Notes under the pieces: generated by a model
Databases searched by the model: none
The model's input: only the letters and a program-made list of their open reading frames with translations
What the model was told of the DNA's origin: nothing
Translations under genes and position numbers: made by a program
Shown: positions 61,156 to 64,000 of the stretch, one piece after another
Numbering within the stretch: position 1 is the stretch's first letter
Layout of the letters: each line of letters starts with the position of its first letter
DNA from: a bacterium
GTDB lineage: Bacteria; Bacteroidota; Ignavibacteria; Kapaibacteriales; UBA2268
Length of the DNA stretch: 64,000 bases
Assembly: GCA_024711295.1 (NCBI GenBank)
Contig: JANJTB010000002.1
Span: forward strand, 78,223 to 142,222
Reading direction: 5' to 3'

Positions 61156-63296
61156 ATGAAATTATGGTTAAACTCAATTATCATCTCATTAATATGCTTA
61201 ATTATAGCAGTAAATATATCTAAATCACAGCATCTTGATATATACAGTTTCTATGGCAACAATTTATATATACCTTCAATAATTAATATTGATGATGACA
61301 TATGGTTCACCACTTATCTTAACGGTGTCAGAAAGCTAAATTTAATTACAAATTCATTTGTTGAATACAAAGATGAAATACCAAACTATAAGAATATAGT
61401 TCTAACAGGTAATGCCAAGGATGCAGAGAATAATTTATGGCTTTCTTCAGATAAAGGGTTGTTAAGATATCAAAACAACAAGTTCGAAGAAATTCAACCA
61501 TTAGGTGTTACTTTGTTATATAATTCTATTACATCATTAAAATCTGACAGTAAGGGAAAGTTATGGGCTTGCTCAAGTTTCATGCAGATATTATCTTTTG
61601 AAAATAACGTGTGGTCAAATCATGATTTATTTAGTGAAAATACAAACTACTATATAACTAAAATGATTATTGACAATAATGATAATCTGGTTTTATGGGT
61701 TAATGAAATTGGCTTGGTTATTTATGATGGGCAAACACAAAAGACTTATTCTGAATTTCATGATACAATAAATGAAAATTATGTTGTTGATATTCAGATA
61801 GACAACAACAATACAATTTATGTAATTGATTCAAGACTTAATATATATTACTTAAAAGATAATCAAATCCTTTCCTTAGCTAATTCAATTATTGATAGTG
61901 GAAATTATATGTTTTGGGTTAGTTCTAGTTTCGATAAAAATAATAAATTATTGATTGGGGTGAATGGTTTAAATATTTATGACGGTACAAAGTGGACTAT
62001 TATCAACCGGAAAAACTCAGACTTAACTGATACCTACTTTAGCAAGATTTATTCGATAAATACAATAATTACTGGCTGTTTGGAAAATCTACAGAAGTAT
62101 TTAAAATGGAAAATGACAAAATTTTCGAAATTAATACAAACAGATCTTGGATGTACGGAGGTTTTATTAGTACGATGAAGTTACAACATAATTTATCCCA
62201 AAAAATATTATTTGGTAATCAATCAATCAGTGTAAATGATGGCAAAAGATGGTACAACTTTAGTATTCATAATACAGCATTATCTGATATCATTTTTTCA
62301 AGCTTAAATGATGTCTGTCTTGACGAGCTTGGATATTTGTGGATTTTTACTAATAAAAGTTGCTATAGATTAAAAGATCATGAAATAGTTGATATAACAT
62401 CAACCTATCCTGAATTTGTTGGCGGTGATTTGTTTAGCCTGATGTCTTTACCAAATGGAGAAGTTTATGTAGGTATTCGTAATGGCTTAGCTAAGTTCAA
62501 TCATTCAGAAGGTTTCACTAAAATTAAAGGTCCAATATCGTATACAAGTTATGGAACATGTAAATTTGGGAAGGATAACAAATTGACAATATTTAATGGA
62601 TATCGCATTGGTAAGATTGAAAATGATTCTGTGATATACAATAAAGAGAACATTATAGCAGAATCATCGATTGACATGTCCTTCGATGTCTCCAAAGATG
62701 GCATTGTTTGGGCTAACTTAAATGAGCACCTTGGCAAATTTGAGAATAACAAATGGGAATATTTCAAACTTGATTCTATACATACCGGAAAGGTTCCCTT
62801 TTTCGTGCGAATTGACAGCAAAGATAACTTATGGTTTTTGTCAAGTTCAGGAGTACTTGCAAAATGGAATCAAAAGGATAAGCCAAAATTTCAATATGTT
62901 ACTTCAACTTTTGATGATCTTGCAAATATAGTAGGTTATGAAATCGATAAATTTGATAACATTTGGATAGCAAAGGCAAATTGACAGGTACTTGTAATTA
63001 ACGAAACTGGGGAAATAATTACAGATATTAATGAAATAACATCAACTTACGATACCATTGATGTATATCCGAATCCTGCACAAGATTTTGTAACTATCGC
63101 TTGTAACGAATTTACACAACATGAAAATAATAATCAATCGAGTATCTTAATATATAATTTTGGGGGTTATGAAGTACTAAAGGTCAATAGTACTGAGACA
63201 AAAGATAACAATTTAAGAATTGATATTTCAGAATTGCCGGTTGGTGCTTATTTTATTAAAATGAATGACAGAATAATTAAATTCTTAAAAAATTAG
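61156..63296 (+). pseudogene. Disrupted T9SS-secreted beta-propeller (Reg_prop-like repeats) gene
   Basis: Frameshift near 62052 (YFSKIY continues as FDKYNNYWLFG in the next frame). In-frame TGA at 62982-62984, followed by 103 open codons with VYPNPAQD...IDISELPVGAYFIK to TAG 63296. Confidence 0.8.
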
Positions 63297-63556
63297 AATT
63301 CAAAACTACATTTTTTATAAAAAATAACAATTTTTAAAGAAAAATTCAATTATTTTGGGACAAAAATCGAATTGATGTGTCTTTATAAGTAGATAATGGA
63401 ACAAATTCAAAAAAAGTATTATGATACATTCTAAATATATCATAAATACATGAAACGAATTACCTATTACCAAATGAGCGATTTATTAAAATTCAACCGT
63501 GAGAAAATATATACAGTTATTTTACCAATTTTAAATTACTCTTAGAATGTCGAGAC

Positions 63557-64000
63557 ATGCATAAGAATATCATTCTGAAAAAAATTCAATGTATCAGCAC
63601 AAACTATGATGAACTTTCAAGTGACATCATGTTAGCTCTTATGAATCAAAAAAAGACAATCTTTATTCATTTGAACATGTTTAACTTCACAATATTAACT
63701 GAGAATGATGATTTTTTAAGCAGGTATTCTGAATATTCAAGGTTATATTTTGAAGGAATAGGTATGAAAATAGCCGCTTATATCTTAGGTCAAAGTTGGA
63801 ATAATGACACAAACGGAACAGACCTTTACCCTATTCTTTTCAATCAATTAGAGAAACAAGAGCTGAGAATTTATTTACTTGGGGCAACTGAAGTTGTAAT
63901 AAATAATGCAGTCACGAATATTAAAGCATATTTTCCCAAAATTCAACTATCAGGATATAGCTCGGGATATTTTTCTGAAGATAATGAAAGCAAAATTGTT
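63557..64000 (+). CDS. WecB/TagA/CpsF-family glycosyltransferase (5' part, runs off the window)
   Basis: Translated by hand: EGIGM, NGTDL, IYLLGA, FPKIQLSGYSSGYF; open to the window edge. Confidence 0.8.
   Translation, partial: MHKNIILKKIQCISTNYDELSSDIMLALMNQKKTIFIHLNMFNFTILTENDDFLSRYSEYSRLYFEGIGMKIAAYILGQSWNNDTNGTDLYPILFNQLEKQELRIYLLGATEVVINNAVTNIKAYFPKIQLSGYSSGYFSEDNESKIV

Noticed and set aside
62982..62984. TGA as selenocysteine or as an alternative genetic code
   Set aside because: TGA acts as a normal stop elsewhere in the window (23906, 36100, 46889), the context is not a redox motif, and the same gene also has a frameshift.

Overview
AT-rich chromosomal window from an FCB-group bacterium, most likely Ignavibacteria/Kapabacteria-like. 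This is inferred from TTTG-N19-20-TAnnTTTG promoters, several type IX secretion (T9SS) C-terminal-domain proteins and a Cys-free SecA tail. It uses genetic code 11. Most genes are housekeeping: gpmA, panD, pnp, rpsO, hbd, HU, mdh, glmS, fbaB, tag, recO, coaE, secA, arfB, thpR, ugd. The window also holds four tRNAs (Met, Ala, Asp, Asn), a fliL-fliM-fliN-fliO motor-switch block, a 13-heme cytochrome c/cytochrome b pair, a multi-PAS kinase and many exported proteins. I saw no CRISPR array, rRNA, transposase, integrase or reverse transcriptase. Main unexplained structures: (1) a ~140-bp non-coding element (121/140 nt identical, ungapped) in the same register directly after two different tRNA genes, Met and Asn. 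It has a hairpin and two pairs of short direct repeats resembling integrase arm sites, and at tRNA-Met it is closed 238 bp later by a decayed copy of the tRNA 3' end. (2) An 8-bp tandem repeat that holds a Cys-rich secreted-protein gene out of frame (candidate phase-variation switch, OFF). (3) An aromatic amino-acid ammonia-lyase with Ala-Cys-Gly instead of Ala-Ser-Gly at the MIO site. (4) A lipoprotein built from six 4-Cys domains in an ABC-ABC arrangement. (5) A doubly disrupted T9SS beta-propeller gene. All product calls come from motif recognition by eye, not from database searches.
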